64,000 bases of DNA from Pseudonocardiaceae bacterium (GCA_050699715.1 JBOHFR010000009.1:28941-92940); one strand, 5' to 3'. Positions 1 through 10,428 are shown, counted from the first letter of the stretch. Notes: generated by a model not told the origin, from the letters alone. Made by a program: numbers and translations.

Positions 1-933
1 GGGCCACCAGATGATCCGCTGCGCGTTGCTCATGAGTGGCTGGTCAGCGACTCGTCCACTGTTGTGCAGTTGCGTACTGGTCGACGGGTTGGCGCAATGC
101 TCGCAGCTGGGCTAGAAAATCGAGTGATCGAGCTGCGTCACTTAGATGACACGGTCGGCGGAGGCGATCTTTTCCCTGTAGTGAGCAAAGAACTATCGGA
201 GGCTCAAGGGGTTGTCCGTTCTGCCAGCTATACCGAAAATGTTGGGCGGCGGTTGTTGGCTGTCGTCGGAGAGTTGGCCCAGCTTACTGGATGGGTGGCT
301 AGTGACGCGGGACGGTATGCTGAGGCACAGCAGGTCTATCTCGATGGGGTATCCGCCGCGCAGGGTGCGGGTAACCGTCCGCTCGGGGCTCAGCTTCTGT
401 CGTCGTTGAGCTACCAGATGGCCAACGTGGGAAAAGCGCATGACGCGGTTTTGCTGGCACGGTCTGCCGTCACCGGAGCCGGGGATGCCTCACCGGTTGT
501 CCGAGCCTTGCTGTTGGAACGGTTGGCCTGGGCGAGCGCCAGAAGTCGAGATCATGTGTGCGCACGGCGTGTCTTGGACGCGGTGGACGACGCATTCGAG
601 GGTCGGTCGCCGGGAATTGCTGAACCGGAATGGGTTTACTGGCTCGACAGAGGCGAGATCGATGTGATGGCTGGTCGATGCCTGATCGAACTCGGCAGCC
701 CACATGCGGCGGCACCGTTGCTCGCGCGGGCCATCAGCTCGTACAACGCCAATCGCGCCCGGGAAATAGCATTGTACCTGTCGTGGCTTGCGGAAGCATA
801 CGCAAGAGCAGGAACTATTGATGCTGCACGAGACGCGCTTACCCGGGCTTGTAAAGCCGCACAAGGAATAAACTCTGTCAGACTCCATTTGCGCATTAAC
901 CACGTTGGCATCCTGCTCCCCCACGAGGGCTAG
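1..933 (+). CDS. XRE-type regulator, C-terminal helical-repeat (TPR-like) region; 5' end lies off-window
   Basis: The frame of ORF 64..933 stays open back to base 1. The helical-repeat C-terminus has the same architecture as the complete HTH-TPR proteins at 30523..32076 and 52892..54454. Confidence 0.55.
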   Translation, partial: GPPDDPLRVAHEWLVSDSSTVVQLRTGRRVGAMLAAGLENRVIELRHLDDTVGGGDLFPVVSKELSEAQGVVRSASYTENVGRRLLAVVGELAQLTGWVASDAGRYAEAQQVYLDGVSAAQGAGNRPLGAQLLSSLSYQMANVGKAHDAVLLARSAVTGAGDASPVVRALLLERLAWASARSRDHVCARRVLDAVDDAFEGRSPGIAEPEWVYWLDRGEIDVMAGRCLIELGSPHAAAPLLARAISSYNANRAREIALYLSWLAEAYARAGTIDAARDALTRACKAAQGINSVRLHLRINHVGILLPHEG

Positions 934-935
934 CG

Positions 936-3900
936 TCAGGGCCGTTCGTCGATGAACTCGAGCCGCAGCTCGCGGACGCGCTCGTCGGACGAGAGCTGGT
1001 AGAGGCTCACGATCAGGTCGAACACCGTCGGCAAATACCGCTGCGCCGGCCGAAAGTCGGCATAGACCCGCCCTTGCAGCAGTGGCGGGAATGCGGACAC
1101 CGGGGTCCCATCCAGGAGTACCGGCAGGACGCTCTCCTTGTCGGCCTCGGAGCCGATCATCCGATTCCCGATGAGGTCACCCTCCGCGGCCGCGACGAAG
1201 GCGCCCATCGGTTGATCGTTGTTGTACTTGGTGCAGTAGAGCGGCGTGCCTATCACGATGACTCGGTCGGCGCTGGCGATAAGCTCCACGAAACGGGGCA
1301 CGCTCGCGCCGATGCGGGTGTTCTCCCACCGGTCAAGTACCACGGTGATCCCCGCCTTGCACAAGTCAGCGGCGAGTTCGTACTCCACCCAGCGCTCGTG
1401 GCGCTTGTCGCCCCAGGCGTAGCTGATGAAACAGTCCGGAGCCGGGATCCTCTCCTGCATGACATAGGTCTTGAGCCGGAACAACACCTGCTCGAACCGC
1501 GACCGCTGGCTAACTGCCTGGCACTGAGTGTCACGGTCGGCGGCTTGCGCCCGGGTGAGCTCGATCGGGGTATCAGTCGCAGGCAGCGTGACCTGCTGCC
1601 CGCATTGCGGGCAGAACGCGTGATGTGCGCGATCGGCGAGTCGCTCCCGCACCACGGCCCGGTTGAGCTGGTGACCGTTGGCGCACCACACCGCCTCGTA
1701 GCGACGGACGGTCAGGTCGCGGCGGGCCAGGAAGGTCTCGAACAGGCTCTGGAACAAGGTCCGAATCGGCGTCCCCACGGTGGCGCCGAAGTAAAGCACG
1801 AAGTCCAGCTCGCCTTCGCGCTCGGCTTCTTTGCGCAGGCCGCACACCAGACCGTCACCCACGACGTAACGGGCGTGGTCGCGCCACTGGTTGGTCCGGG
1901 TGAACGTGCGAGTGTACCCCAGCAGCACCACCAGGACGCGTAGACGTTCTCCACCGCACCGCTCACCGTGTACGCGGCCCCCTCGTCGATGGGCTGCTCA
2001 TCGGAAACCACCGGTTTCTTGAGGTTGATGAGCTCCGGAAAGACCAGATAAGAATGCACGGTGAGCGGATCGGTCTCGCGAAAGCAGACCGAGTGCGCCA
2101 GAAACATCACGATCGCCGAGTCGAGCAACACCTCGCGCTCCTCGGCCGACAGCTGCGCAAGCTCCGGGAAATGGTACCCGCTAGTGAGTACCTGCTGTTC
2201 CTCCAGCGCACCCAAACCTCTCGGGTTGCGCCGCGCTTCCAGGACTATCGACGCGGTGAGATTGTTCAGCAGCACCGGAGCGAGCAAGATCCGCGGTTCG
2301 CCGCGTGAGGTGTGCAGCTGCGCGAGATAACCATGGTTCGACAGGTGCCGCACCGCGGTCAGCAGCTCGTCGTCGGTGAACTCGGTAGCGGGATACTCCG
2401 GCTCCAGGCGGGCCCGGAGTTCGGCAGGGCTGAAAATTGCCTTCTCGGGGGTCGGCGCCTCCTTGAGTTCCCACACAAAGTTCTTGATGCGCTTGAAGGT
2501 CTGCGTGGTGACCGTCGTCGGCCGCTTGTCCCAGCGGATCGCCGCGCGCATCCGCTTGACCAGCTCGTCCAGACCATCGCCGCGCAGCGCGCTGGTGGCC
2601 ACGTACCCCGCGATGCCGCGCTCAGCGCAGAACGCCTCGATCTCCTCGGTGGCCAGCCGCGGCACACCGCGATCCCCGCGAGCCGCGACCAGGATGATCG
2701 GGCGATCCCGCCCGAGCTGGCGCAGCCAGTACTCGACGCCACGCAGCGGGTCGTCCCCGTGCGTCGGGTCGAACAGAACCAGGGCCAGGTCGGCGTCATC
2801 CAGGTACAGGGCATGGATCAGCCGATAGTCGGGCTGCCCGGCGAGGTCCCACAGGATGGCCTCGCGCTTCGTTCCGTCCGCTCCGGTACCGCCGAGCTCG
2901 TCGAGCAGCCAGAACTGCTGGCCGTGCGTCGAGGCGTGCTCAACGAACTCGCTGTGGGCAAGCCGCCACCCCAGTCCGGTCTTGCCCACACCTGACTCAC
3001 CGACGAGCACGATCTTCGCTGTCGTGTAGCTGACGCTGGGTGTCGCGGAATGCGCGAGCAGGCGGTCGACATCGAGCTCCCACAGGTGCACAACGGAACC
3101 GTAACGGGGCTTACTGGACCCGACCGCCGCCAAGATAGGCAGATGTGGGTGGAACGCGACGCTTTGCATCCAATCGCTTGAAGCGAATGCAGGCAGGACT
3201 GCCCTGCATCGTCCACTCTGGGTCTCCCAGAGTCGCACGGTGCCGTCAACACTATTCGACGCGAGCACCCGACCATCACCGGAAAACGAAAGAGCCAGCA
3301 CCTCCCTGGTGTGACCCTCAAGGATCGAGACGGTGCTGCCCGTGGCCACATCCCACAATCTGATGGTGCGATCAAAGCTCGCACTAGCCAGAATCCCACC
3401 TCCCGGATGGAAGGCGACAGACGTGACCGGCTGCGAATGCCCGTCGAGCGCGCGGAGGCGCTGTCCACTCGGGATCGCCCACAGCCTGACTGTCCCGTCG
3501 TAGGCGCCTGCCGTCGCGAGCATGCCACCTTCACCGTCGAAAACCATGCCGAGAATCAAGCTGCCGAGTTCGGTGATCCGGCATAGCATGGAGCCGGTGG
3601 ACAGTTCCCACAGCGTGACGACGTTCCGGTCGTTAACGCTCGCCAAGATGCAGCGGTACGGACTGAATGCGAGGTCGTGGCATTCACCGCTGGCGAGTTG
3701 GTCGCGCAACTTTCCGGTGTCCACGTTCCACAGGCTTGTGCCACCGCTGCCCGTAGTGGCGAGGATGCGCCCATCCGGATCAAAAGCCGCAGCGAACACG
3801 GACTCGCCCCGGTCGCCGATGGTACGCAGGCATACGCCGGAATCGGTGTCCCAAATGCGGACCGTGCCGTCCTTTGACGGTGTCGCGAGCAGGCGCCCGT

Positions 3901-3988
3901 CTGGCGACCAGCCGATGCGCCCGATCGTCTCTTCCTGGCTAGCCAAGGTGCGCAGCAGCCGCACACCGTCCGGCAGCTGCGTCGCCAT
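936..3988 (-). pseudogene. WD40-Roc-COR-TIR (ROCO-type NLR-like NTPase), split by a 1-nt frameshift near 1935
   Basis: ORFs 1712..3988 and 936..1931 read as one protein across '...GAVENVYAS|(L)VVLLGYTRTF...'. N-terminal WD40 blades ('GTVRIWD', 'TIRLWD', 'TVRLWE'). Roc GTPase G1 'GESGVGKTG' and G3 'WDLAGQ'. COR region. C-terminal TIR/SEFIR-like 'CFISYAWGD...DRVIVIGTPLY'. The tail of the upstream ORF after the junction is low-complexity out-of-frame sequence. Confidence 0.75.
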
Positions 3989-4273
3989 CCCCGAATGCTA
4001 ACCGCGACGCGAGTACCGGACGGTCAAGGCTCCGTGGCGATGGTGGTCCAGCACTGTGGTCAACGACACCACCGAGCGTGGGATGTGGGGCACGCCAGGG
4101 CGGGGCGAAGGTCGAATGGCCGGCCCTTGTGGCACCGACCGGCTAGGGCGGGGTCTGGCCCGGCTGCGTGTGGGCAGGTCCTGCCTGTGGATCGAGTCCC
4201 AGTTGTGGACAACTCGGGGGTCCGGGGGCTTGGCGAGTAGCCGCGACGTGGGGCTGGGGGCAGGCTGCGGGCC

Positions 4274-5137
4274 ATGGAGGAGTTGGACGCACCGCTGCGG
4301 GGATCGCTGGCCGTTGCCGCTGGGCTGGTGACCAAGAGTCAGCTGCGCGGTCCCGGATTCCGCAGGCTGTTTCCGGACATCTACCTGCCGGCGCACCTCG
4401 CTCCGACACTGGCCATGCGATCACGTGGCGCGCACCTGTTGGTCGCCGGGCATGGTGCGCTGGCTGGCTATTCCGCGGCGGAGCTGCTTGGCGCCCGGAT
4501 CGCGCCCCGCGACGCGGACGCCGAGGTGACGTCGGGCCGTGACGTGCGGGAGTGCCGCGGGCTGCGGGTGCACCGGGAGCGGCTTGCCGACGACGAGGTC
4601 GAGACGGTGGCCGGGCTGCTGGTCACCTCCACGTTTCGCACCGCATACGACCTGGCCCGCTGGTCGACCCTCGTGGAGGGCGTCGTCGCAGCCGACGCGC
4701 TGGGCCACCTCGGGCGGTTCGGGCCATCCGCGCTGCTCAAGATGGCAGATCGCTACCCCGGGGCGCGGTGGCGCGGCAGGGTTGCGCTGGTTGCCGAGCT
4801 GATGGATCCGCGCGCGGAGTCCGCGATGGAAACCCGGTGCCGGGTGTCCCTCATGCTGCGCGGGCTGCCCCGCCCCGAGCTGCAGTACCGGGTGCGCGAC
4901 GAGCTCGGAGAGCACGTGGCCCGGCTGGACATGGCCTACCCGAGCGCGCGAGCCGGCATCGAGTTCGACGGAGAACACCACCAGAACACCCCGACATTCC
5001 GGGCCGATCTGGCCAGGCACAACCGGCTCGCCGCCCTGGGCTGGACTGTGCTGCGCGCCAGCGCCCCCGACGTGCTGCGCAACCCGGACCGCTTCGCCGC
5101 CCAGGTCCGCGCCATACTCCGCCAGCGCGCCGCCTGA
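4274..5137 (+). CDS. DUF559-like endonuclease-domain protein (AbiEi-like N-terminus)
   Basis: N-terminus 'GLVTKSQLRGPGFRRLFPDIYLP' and C-terminus 'DMAYPSARAGIEFDGEHH...LAALGWTVLR' match the pattern of actinobacterial DUF559 proteins. Confidence 0.6.
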   Translation: MEELDAPLRGSLAVAAGLVTKSQLRGPGFRRLFPDIYLPAHLAPTLAMRSRGAHLLVAGHGALAGYSAAELLGARIAPRDADAEVTSGRDVRECRGLRVHRERLADDEVETVAGLLVTSTFRTAYDLARWSTLVEGVVAADALGHLGRFGPSALLKMADRYPGARWRGRVALVAELMDPRAESAMETRCRVSLMLRGLPRPELQYRVRDELGEHVARLDMAYPSARAGIEFDGEHHQNTPTFRADLARHNRLAALGWTVLRASAPDVLRNPDRFAAQVRAILRQRAA

Positions 5138-5150
5138 CCGCGCTGCGTGC

Positions 5151-5233
5151 GCCGAGTTCGACAGGAGAGCTGCTCCGCCATGATCGAACAACTCTCCTGT
5201 CGAACTCGGCGACAGTAGAGTTGATCACAAACA
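5151..5233 (+). repeat. Palindromic intergenic repeat, copy 1 (about 19-bp stem plus conserved tail)
   Basis: GCCGAGTTCGACAGGAGAG...CTCTCCTGTCGAACTCGGC followed by GACAGTAGAGTTGATCACAAACA. A near-identical copy sits at 10346..10428. Lies between convergent stop codons. Confidence 0.8.
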
Positions 5234-5250
5234 GGGGGACGTCTGCGGGG

Positions 5251-5826
5251 TTAGGGCTCTGTGGCGATGCGCTGCACTACGGGTTGGAGGTCTTGGGCGT
5301 GCATGGCGTGCAGGAAGACGGCGGCGACGCGGTGGTGGCGGTCCAGCACGATTGTCAAGGGGACCACTGAACGCGGGGTGTGGGCCAGCGCGAACAATGT
5401 GCGGCCGGGTGGGTCGAAGATTGACGGGTAGGTCAGGCCGAAGTCGCGGGCGAAATCCGCTCCGGCGTCCCGGGCGTCACGCACGTCGATCCCGAGGAAC
5501 TGCACGCCCTGGCTCGCCGTCGCATGGGCGACCCGAACCAGGTCGGCGGCCTCGGACCGGCACGGCCCGCACCACGAGCCCCAGACGTTGAGCACCACCA
5601 CCTGGTTGGGGTAGCCCGCCAGCGACACCGCCGTCCCGGGTTCGGTGAGGCTGTCCCCGGACAGCTCGCCGACGGTGCCCCGGGTGGCCGGCGGGTCGTA
5701 GAAGATGTTGGTCTTCCCGCCGGGTGAGACGAACTCGAAGGTGCCACCACGGGCCACCGCGCCCGTTCCCGTGGCGCAGCCGACCAACAGCAGTGCCGTG
5801 ACCACAGCGACCAGCGCCCGCCTCAT
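5251..5826 (-). CDS. TlpA/ResA-like thiol-disulfide oxidoreductase lipoprotein
   Basis: Lipobox 'LLLVGCATG'. Thioredoxin active site 'WCGPC'. Start taken at the internal Met 'MRRALVAVV' of ORF 5251..5913. Position after hemL and the phosphatase matches Rv0526. Confidence 0.8.
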   Translation of the reverse strand: MRRALVAVVTALLLVGCATGTGAVARGGTFEFVSPGGKTNIFYDPPATRGTVGELSGDSLTEPGTAVSLAGYPNQVVVLNVWGSWCGPCRSEAADLVRVAHATASQGVQFLGIDVRDARDAGADFARDFGLTYPSIFDPPGRTLFALAHTPRSVVPLTIVLDRHHRVAAVFLHAMHAQDLQPVVQRIATEP

Positions 5827-6434
5827 TGCCGGCTCACCGCAGGTTGGCTGTACACCACGTCGATCAGTGCCGCTTCGACGAACACCAGGCTGGTCAACGA
5901 CGCCAGCGCGCACCGCCGGCGCCGCGGGTCGTGCCAGAGCCGCCGCCCGGTCAGCTGCCGGATCACCACGCAGATCGGCAGCTGATGGGACACGCAGACC
6001 GCTTCATGCCCGGCGGCCTGCTCGCGGGCCCGGTGCACGGCGGCGAGCATCCGGGCCGCGATCTCCCGGTACGGCTCACCCCAGGACGGCCGGAACGGGT
6101 TGCGCAGCTTGGGCCAGGACCGCGGATCGCGCAGCGCTCCATTGCTGACCGACACTCGGGTGCCCTCGAAGACATTGCCCGCCTCGATCAGCCCGTCGTC
6201 GGTGGCTAGGCCCAGGCCGTGTCTCGCGGCGATCGGCGCCGCGGTCTGCTGCGCCCGCAGCAACGGCGAGGCGACCACGTGCACCACGTCATAGTCCCCC
6301 AGGTGCGCCGCGACCCGCTGCGCTTGGCGCAGGCCAACGTCGGAGAGCCAGAAACCGGGGAGCCGGCCGTAGAGGATCCCCCCCGGATTGTGCACCTCGC
6401 CGTGGCGCAGCAGATGGACCACGGTTCGGCTCAT
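5823..6434 (-). CDS. Histidine phosphatase (phosphoglycerate-mutase-like) family protein
   Basis: N-terminal 'LLRHGEV' (RHG motif). 4-nt overlaps with both neighbours. Rv0525-like position. Confidence 0.8.
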   Translation of the reverse strand: MSRTVVHLLRHGEVHNPGGILYGRLPGFWLSDVGLRQAQRVAAHLGDYDVVHVVASPLLRAQQTAAPIAARHGLGLATDDGLIEAGNVFEGTRVSVSNGALRDPRSWPKLRNPFRPSWGEPYREIAARMLAAVHRAREQAAGHEAVCVSHQLPICVVIRQLTGRRLWHDPRRRRCALASLTSLVFVEAALIDVVYSQPAVSRQ

Positions 6435-7747
6435 GCCCGCTGCTTTGGCTCGAGGGTCTGGGCGGCGGCCCGGGCGGCGTGGGGCAGCGCCGCGGCGATC
6501 ACCTCAAAGGCCTCGGTGTCCAGTGCCGCGGAGACGAACCAGGACTCGAACGCACTGGGCGGGGCGTAGACGCCGTGCTCGAGCAGCGCGTGGAAAAACG
6601 CCGGGAAGCGCCAGGTCTGGGTGGCTTGCACCCCGGCATAGTCGCGCACCGCCGCGGCGGTGTCGGTGAAGAACACGCTGAGCAGCGAGCCTGCGGTCTG
6701 CACCAGATGCGGCACGCTCTCGGCGTCCAACGCCTGGTCAACCAGCCCGGCCAGGCGGGTGGCCGCAACATCCAGCCGGGCGTAGACCTCCCGGTCGGCA
6801 GCCCGCAGGGTGGCCAGCCCGGCGGCCACCGCCACCGGGTTCCCGGACAGCGTGCCCGCCTGGTACACCGGCCCGGCCGGCGCGAGGTAGGCCATCAGCT
6901 CCGCAGCACCACCAAACGCCGCAGCCGGCAGCCCGCCGGACATCACCTTGCCGAAGGTGTAGAGGTCGGCGCTCACCCGCTCGAGCCCGAACCAGCCCGC
7001 GGCCGAGACCCGAAACCCGGTCATCACCTCGTCCAGGATCAGCAGCGCCCCGTGGGCGTGGCACAGCTCCCGCAGCGCGGCGTTGAAGCCGGGATCGGGG
7101 GGTACCGCACCCATGTTCCCGGCGGCCGCCTCGGCGATGACGCAGGCGATCTCGGTACCTCGTTCGGCGAACAAGGCGCCGACCGCGTCGAGGTCATTGT
7201 AGGGCGCGACGATCGTGTCGGCGGCCTGCGCGCCGGTGACGCCGGGGCTGCTGGGCAGCCCCAAGGTGGCGACGCCGGAGCCGGCGGCGACGAGCAGCGC
7301 GTCGACGTGGCCGTGGTAGTGCCCGGCGAACTTGACCACCCCAGGGCGCCCGGTGATGCCCCGGGCCAGCCGGATCGCGCTCATCGTCGCTTCGGTGCCC
7401 GAGTTGACCAGGCGGAGCTGCTCGACCGGGGGGACCCGGCGGACGATTTCCTCAGCGAGTTCGATTTCCCCGATGGTGGGAGTGCCGAAGGACAGCCCCC
7501 GGGTGGCGGCCGCCCGGACCGCATCCACCACCGCAGGGTGCGCGTGACCCAGGATCATCGGCCCCCAGGACGAGACCAGATCGACGTAGCGGTTGCCATC
7601 GGCGTCCCACAGGTAAGGCCCCGCCGCTTCGACCATGAACCGGGGCGTGCCACCGACCGCGCGGAAGGCCCGCACCGGGGAGTTCACCCCGCCGGGGATC
7701 ACCGCGCTGGCCCGGTCAAACAATCGGGCCGACTCGGTGGCGCTCAC
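6431..7747 (-). CDS. hemL: Glutamate-1-semialdehyde 2,1-aminomutase
   Basis: '[25 protein letters not shown]', '[15 protein letters not shown]', 'DEVMTGFR...FGKVMSGG'. GTG start chosen at '[10 protein letters not shown]'; the longer ORF 5' extension is Arg-rich and looks non-coding. Confidence 0.9.
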   Translation of the reverse strand: MSATESARLFDRASAVIPGGVNSPVRAFRAVGGTPRFMVEAAGPYLWDADGNRYVDLVSSWGPMILGHAHPAVVDAVRAAATRGLSFGTPTIGEIELAEEIVRRVPPVEQLRLVNSGTEATMSAIRLARGITGRPGVVKFAGHYHGHVDALLVAAGSGVATLGLPSSPGVTGAQAADTIVAPYNDLDAVGALFAERGTEIACVIAEAAAGNMGAVPPDPGFNAALRELCHAHGALLILDEVMTGFRVSAAGWFGLERVSADLYTFGKVMSGGLPAAAFGGAAELMAYLAPAGPVYQAGTLSGNPVAVAAGLATLRAADREVYARLDVAATRLAGLVDQALDAESVPHLVQTAGSLLSVFFTDTAAAVRDYAGVQATQTWRFPAFFHALLEHGVYAPPSAFESWFVSAALDTEAFEVIAAALPHAARAAAQTLEPKQRA

Positions 7748-7989
7748 CCGAGCCGGCCTGCGCCGCGCGCGCGGATCGCTTCGCGCCCAGCGACGAGCAG
7801 CAGGATTCCCGCCAGGGTGGCAGCACCAGTGGCGGCCGCCCACCAGCTTCCCTCGATCCGACTGAGCGCGACACCGCGACGCATCGTGACGTGCACGCCG
7901 CGATGCCAACACCACCAGGCAAGCCCGGCCAGCACGACGGCGGCCAGCACCTCAACCACGGCGACCAGGACCGGGAAACGGGAACGCAC
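7744..7989 (-). CDS. Small membrane protein (two hydrophobic segments)
   Basis: 81-aa ORF whose TGA overlaps the hemL GTG (GTGA coupling). Hydrophobic '[22 protein letters not shown]'. Confidence 0.45.
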   Translation of the reverse strand: MRSRFPVLVAVVEVLAAVVLAGLAWWCWHRGVHVTMRRGVALSRIEGSWWAAATGAATLAGILLLVAGREAIRARGAGRLG

Positions 7990-8075
7990 TCACCCACCTT
8001 GCCAGTGAACGGCGACACTCCCGGCGCCACCCCAAGCCCGCGCTGGCCGTCTCGCGGATCAGGCAACAGCCGCGC

Positions 8076-8303
8076 TCACCCCAGCCATCGCAGCACGGTG
8101 TTGCACAACGCCGTAGCCCCCTCCTCATCAAGCGCGATCACGCATTCGCCGGTCACATGCGGATCGAGCACGATCGACCCGCCCTGCATGCTCACCAGAA
8201 GGTTGGCGAAACCGATCGGTCCCCGGTGTACCCCGCAGGTCGCCGGTATCGCCTTGCGACGGCGCTTGTTCGGACCGTCGGTGTAGTAACTGTGCCAGTT
8301 CAT
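8076..8303 (-). CDS. Small conserved hypothetical protein (paralog of 48923..49138)
   Basis: 75 aa. Shares 'RKAIPATC.(V/L)HRGP(I/M)GFANL(L/M)VS...VLDPHVTG.C...(W)LG' with the 71-aa ORF at 48923..49138. Confidence 0.55.
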   Translation of the reverse strand: MNWHSYYTDGPNKRRRKAIPATCGVHRGPIGFANLLVSMQGGSIVLDPHVTGECVIALDEEGATALCNTVLRWLG

Positions 8304-8411
8304 GATGATCTCTTTCCTCGATGGTGTGAGAGCCAGTCATCAGCTGCGCGCCACATCACCATAGCACCATGGCGACATGGTTGCTATGCTTGAGGCATCA
8401 GCACAACCAGT

Positions 8412-8442
8412 GAGGCCCCCGGCTACCCGCTCCGGGGGCCTC
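8412..8442 (-). terminator. GC-rich hairpin downstream of the GntR gene
   Basis: GAGGCCCCCGG-CTACCCGCT-CCGGGGGCCTC: an 11-bp perfect stem starting about 10 nt after the stop at 8453. Confidence 0.5.
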
Positions 8443-8452
8443 GGGGAGGGAC

Positions 8453-9211
8453 TCAGGTAAGGGGAATCTCGTACTCCAGGCGGTTTCGATCACCGCCGAG
8501 GACCATCACGTGCACCTCGATGGGCCGGTCGTCGTCGGAAAGCACCGTGTGCACGACACAGAAGACCGGCGTGCCGGTTGGCAGGCGCAACGCTCGTGAC
8601 TCATCAGACGTCGACGTCCGGGTGTACACCACGTCGTGCGCACGCCGGGGCGGGTAGCCGAGGGCAAGCAGGACAGCACTAGCACCACGAGGGATCTTGC
8701 CGACCTCCATGATGGGGCTACCACGCACCAGCTCGGTTGGGTAGTACGACTCGACCAGCTCGACGGGCTCATCGTCCAGGAGCATCACCCGCTTGCGCAG
8801 CACCGCCGCATCGGGCAACCTCAGGCTGTCAGCTACGTCCTCCGGGGGCTCGACCTCCCCGACGAACGTGATCTGCTGGGTAGCCCGGCGACCCTCTTTC
8901 GCACCCTCGGTGGTCCACCGATCCCGCTCGCCCTCCGGGGGAACGGACAGATACCGCCACGGCACCTCAGGCCACGACCGCTTGGTGCGGACGAAGACAC
9001 CTCGACCAGGAACACTCTGCACCAGACCCTCAGACGCCAAGGTCCGAACCGCGCGCTGCGCCGTGGAGCTGGCAACCTTGAACCGATCCATGATCATCGT
9101 GTTGGACGGGATCGGGTCACCAGGACCGAGCGCACCGGACTCGATCTCGGCTCGCAGCGCATCCGCAACCTGCCGATACGGTGAGCGCGGATCACCAGGA
9201 TTGACCATCAT
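8453..9211 (-). CDS. GntR-family transcriptional regulator (HutC/UTRA type)
   Basis: wHTH 'PYRQVADALRAEIESGAL...IPSNTMIMDRFKVASSTAQRAVRTLASEGLVQSVPGRGVFV' plus a C-terminal UTRA-like region. Confidence 0.85.
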   Translation of the reverse strand: MMVNPGDPRSPYRQVADALRAEIESGALGPGDPIPSNTMIMDRFKVASSTAQRAVRTLASEGLVQSVPGRGVFVRTKRSWPEVPWRYLSVPPEGERDRWTTEGAKEGRRATQQITFVGEVEPPEDVADSLRLPDAAVLRKRVMLLDDEPVELVESYYPTELVRGSPIMEVGKIPRGASAVLLALGYPPRRAHDVVYTRTSTSDESRALRLPTGTPVFCVVHTVLSDDDRPIEVHVMVLGGDRNRLEYEIPLT

Positions 9212-9814
9212 GACTCCCTACTACAGCCGCCCATTGTGCTGCGCGGCCGCAGACGCTGCGCGGTCGCCGCTGTCCGTGAACTCGACGTCACCGACGTTTG
9301 TGGGCCGTTTTGCGTAGTTCTTGTCGAGTTCACGGCTCTGGTGCCTCGCCGGTCCGGACGTGGGGGCTCGGCTCGCGTGGCTCGTCTCCCATCCTAGGAC
9401 CATGACAGCCAGGCGCCATGGTTCCGTGGGCACCCCAGGGGCACCGGCTGCCCCTTACCGGCGCAGAGCGGCCACGTCCGCACCGAACTGACGATCCCGC
9501 CATGCACTTCCAAGATCACAGGAGGAGTGGACACCGGCCGGTGGTGGTGGCACGGTGGCTCCGAGGGAGCAGTTGCCCGAGCGCTCGGTGTCACCGCCGC
9601 CACGCGGGCGGGACATTTCGGGTGGCGTGCACGAGAGCGGGTGAGCATGGGCAGACACGACCAGACCCGAGCTGGGGGACAGCCCAGCAGCGATGACCGG
9701 GACGACCAGGATAAGTGATCGAGCGCAGCACGCGCACCGGGACCTGGCCCAGCGGTTGGGCGACCGGTTGGGGTCGTCCTCACCCCCTGGGGATCGACCT
9801 TCGAGAACAGCGCG

Positions 9815-10309
9815 TTGCTGCGCCTGACCGTCGAGCAGGCCGGCGCGGCGGTCGGCTTCATCGTGGACTGGGCCAGCTTCATGCGGCTGCGGGCGCAACG
9901 GCCAGTGATTCCCACCGAGCCCGACGATTTCGACATCAGCGCCGAGCTCGACCACACCGACGTCGACCTCGCTGACCTGCTGGGCGAGCACGCCCGCTTC
10001 AGCATCGGCCTACACGTGCCCGACTGCCGGCTGTCCTGGGACCTGGGCGAGGACGGCTACCTGTCCACCCTCTGGCTGCTCGCGCCCGACTCCTGGGCCT
10101 GCGTCCACGACACCACCGTCCGCCAAGCCGGAGCACGCCGACTGTTCGACGAAGTGCTCAGCGCCTACACCTGGTGGCAGCACGCCGGGCGCCGCGACCG
10201 CGACCAGTACGGCGTCACCATCACCGTCGAGGGCCAATCCGTGTGGCTCGATAACCCAACACGGCCCATCACACCACCAGCGACCAAAGCATGTCCCATA
10301 AATCACTGA
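9815..10309 (+). CDS. Hypothetical protein
   Basis: 164-aa ORF with host-like codon bias. No recognisable motif. Start uncertain. Confidence 0.4.
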   Translation: MLRLTVEQAGAAVGFIVDWASFMRLRAQRPVIPTEPDDFDISAELDHTDVDLADLLGEHARFSIGLHVPDCRLSWDLGEDGYLSTLWLLAPDSWACVHDTTVRQAGARRLFDEVLSAYTWWQHAGRRDRDQYGVTITVEGQSVWLDNPTRPITPPATKACPINH

Positions 10310-10345
10310 ACGAGAAGACAGCCCGATCTTGGGTGCGCTGAGCCC

Positions 10346-10428
10346 GCCGAGTTCGACAGGAGAGCTGTTCTCGGGCCTCCCAACAGCTCTCCTGTCGAAC
10401 TCGGCGACAGCAGAGTCGATCACACACA
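10346..10428 (+). repeat. Palindromic intergenic repeat, copy 2 (24-bp perfect stem plus conserved tail)
   Basis: GCCGAGTTCGACAGGAGAGCTGTT-ctcgggcctccc-AACAGCTCTCCTGTCGAACTCGGC followed by GACAGCAGAGTCGATCACACACA. Lies between convergent stops (10309 and 10463). Confidence 0.8.

Noticed and set aside
1074-1943. 289-aa ORF on the plus strand
   Set aside because: Antisense to the COR-TIR part of the ROCO gene.
6479-8008. 509-aa ORF on the plus strand
   Set aside because: Fully antisense to hemL. Arg/Gly/Pro-rich low-complexity translation typical of shadow ORFs in high-GC DNA.
9527-9718. 63-aa ORF in the same frame as 9815..10309, separated by a TGA
   Set aside because: Could hint at a longer interrupted gene, but the upstream translation has no recognisable features. 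Not enough to call a pseudogene.
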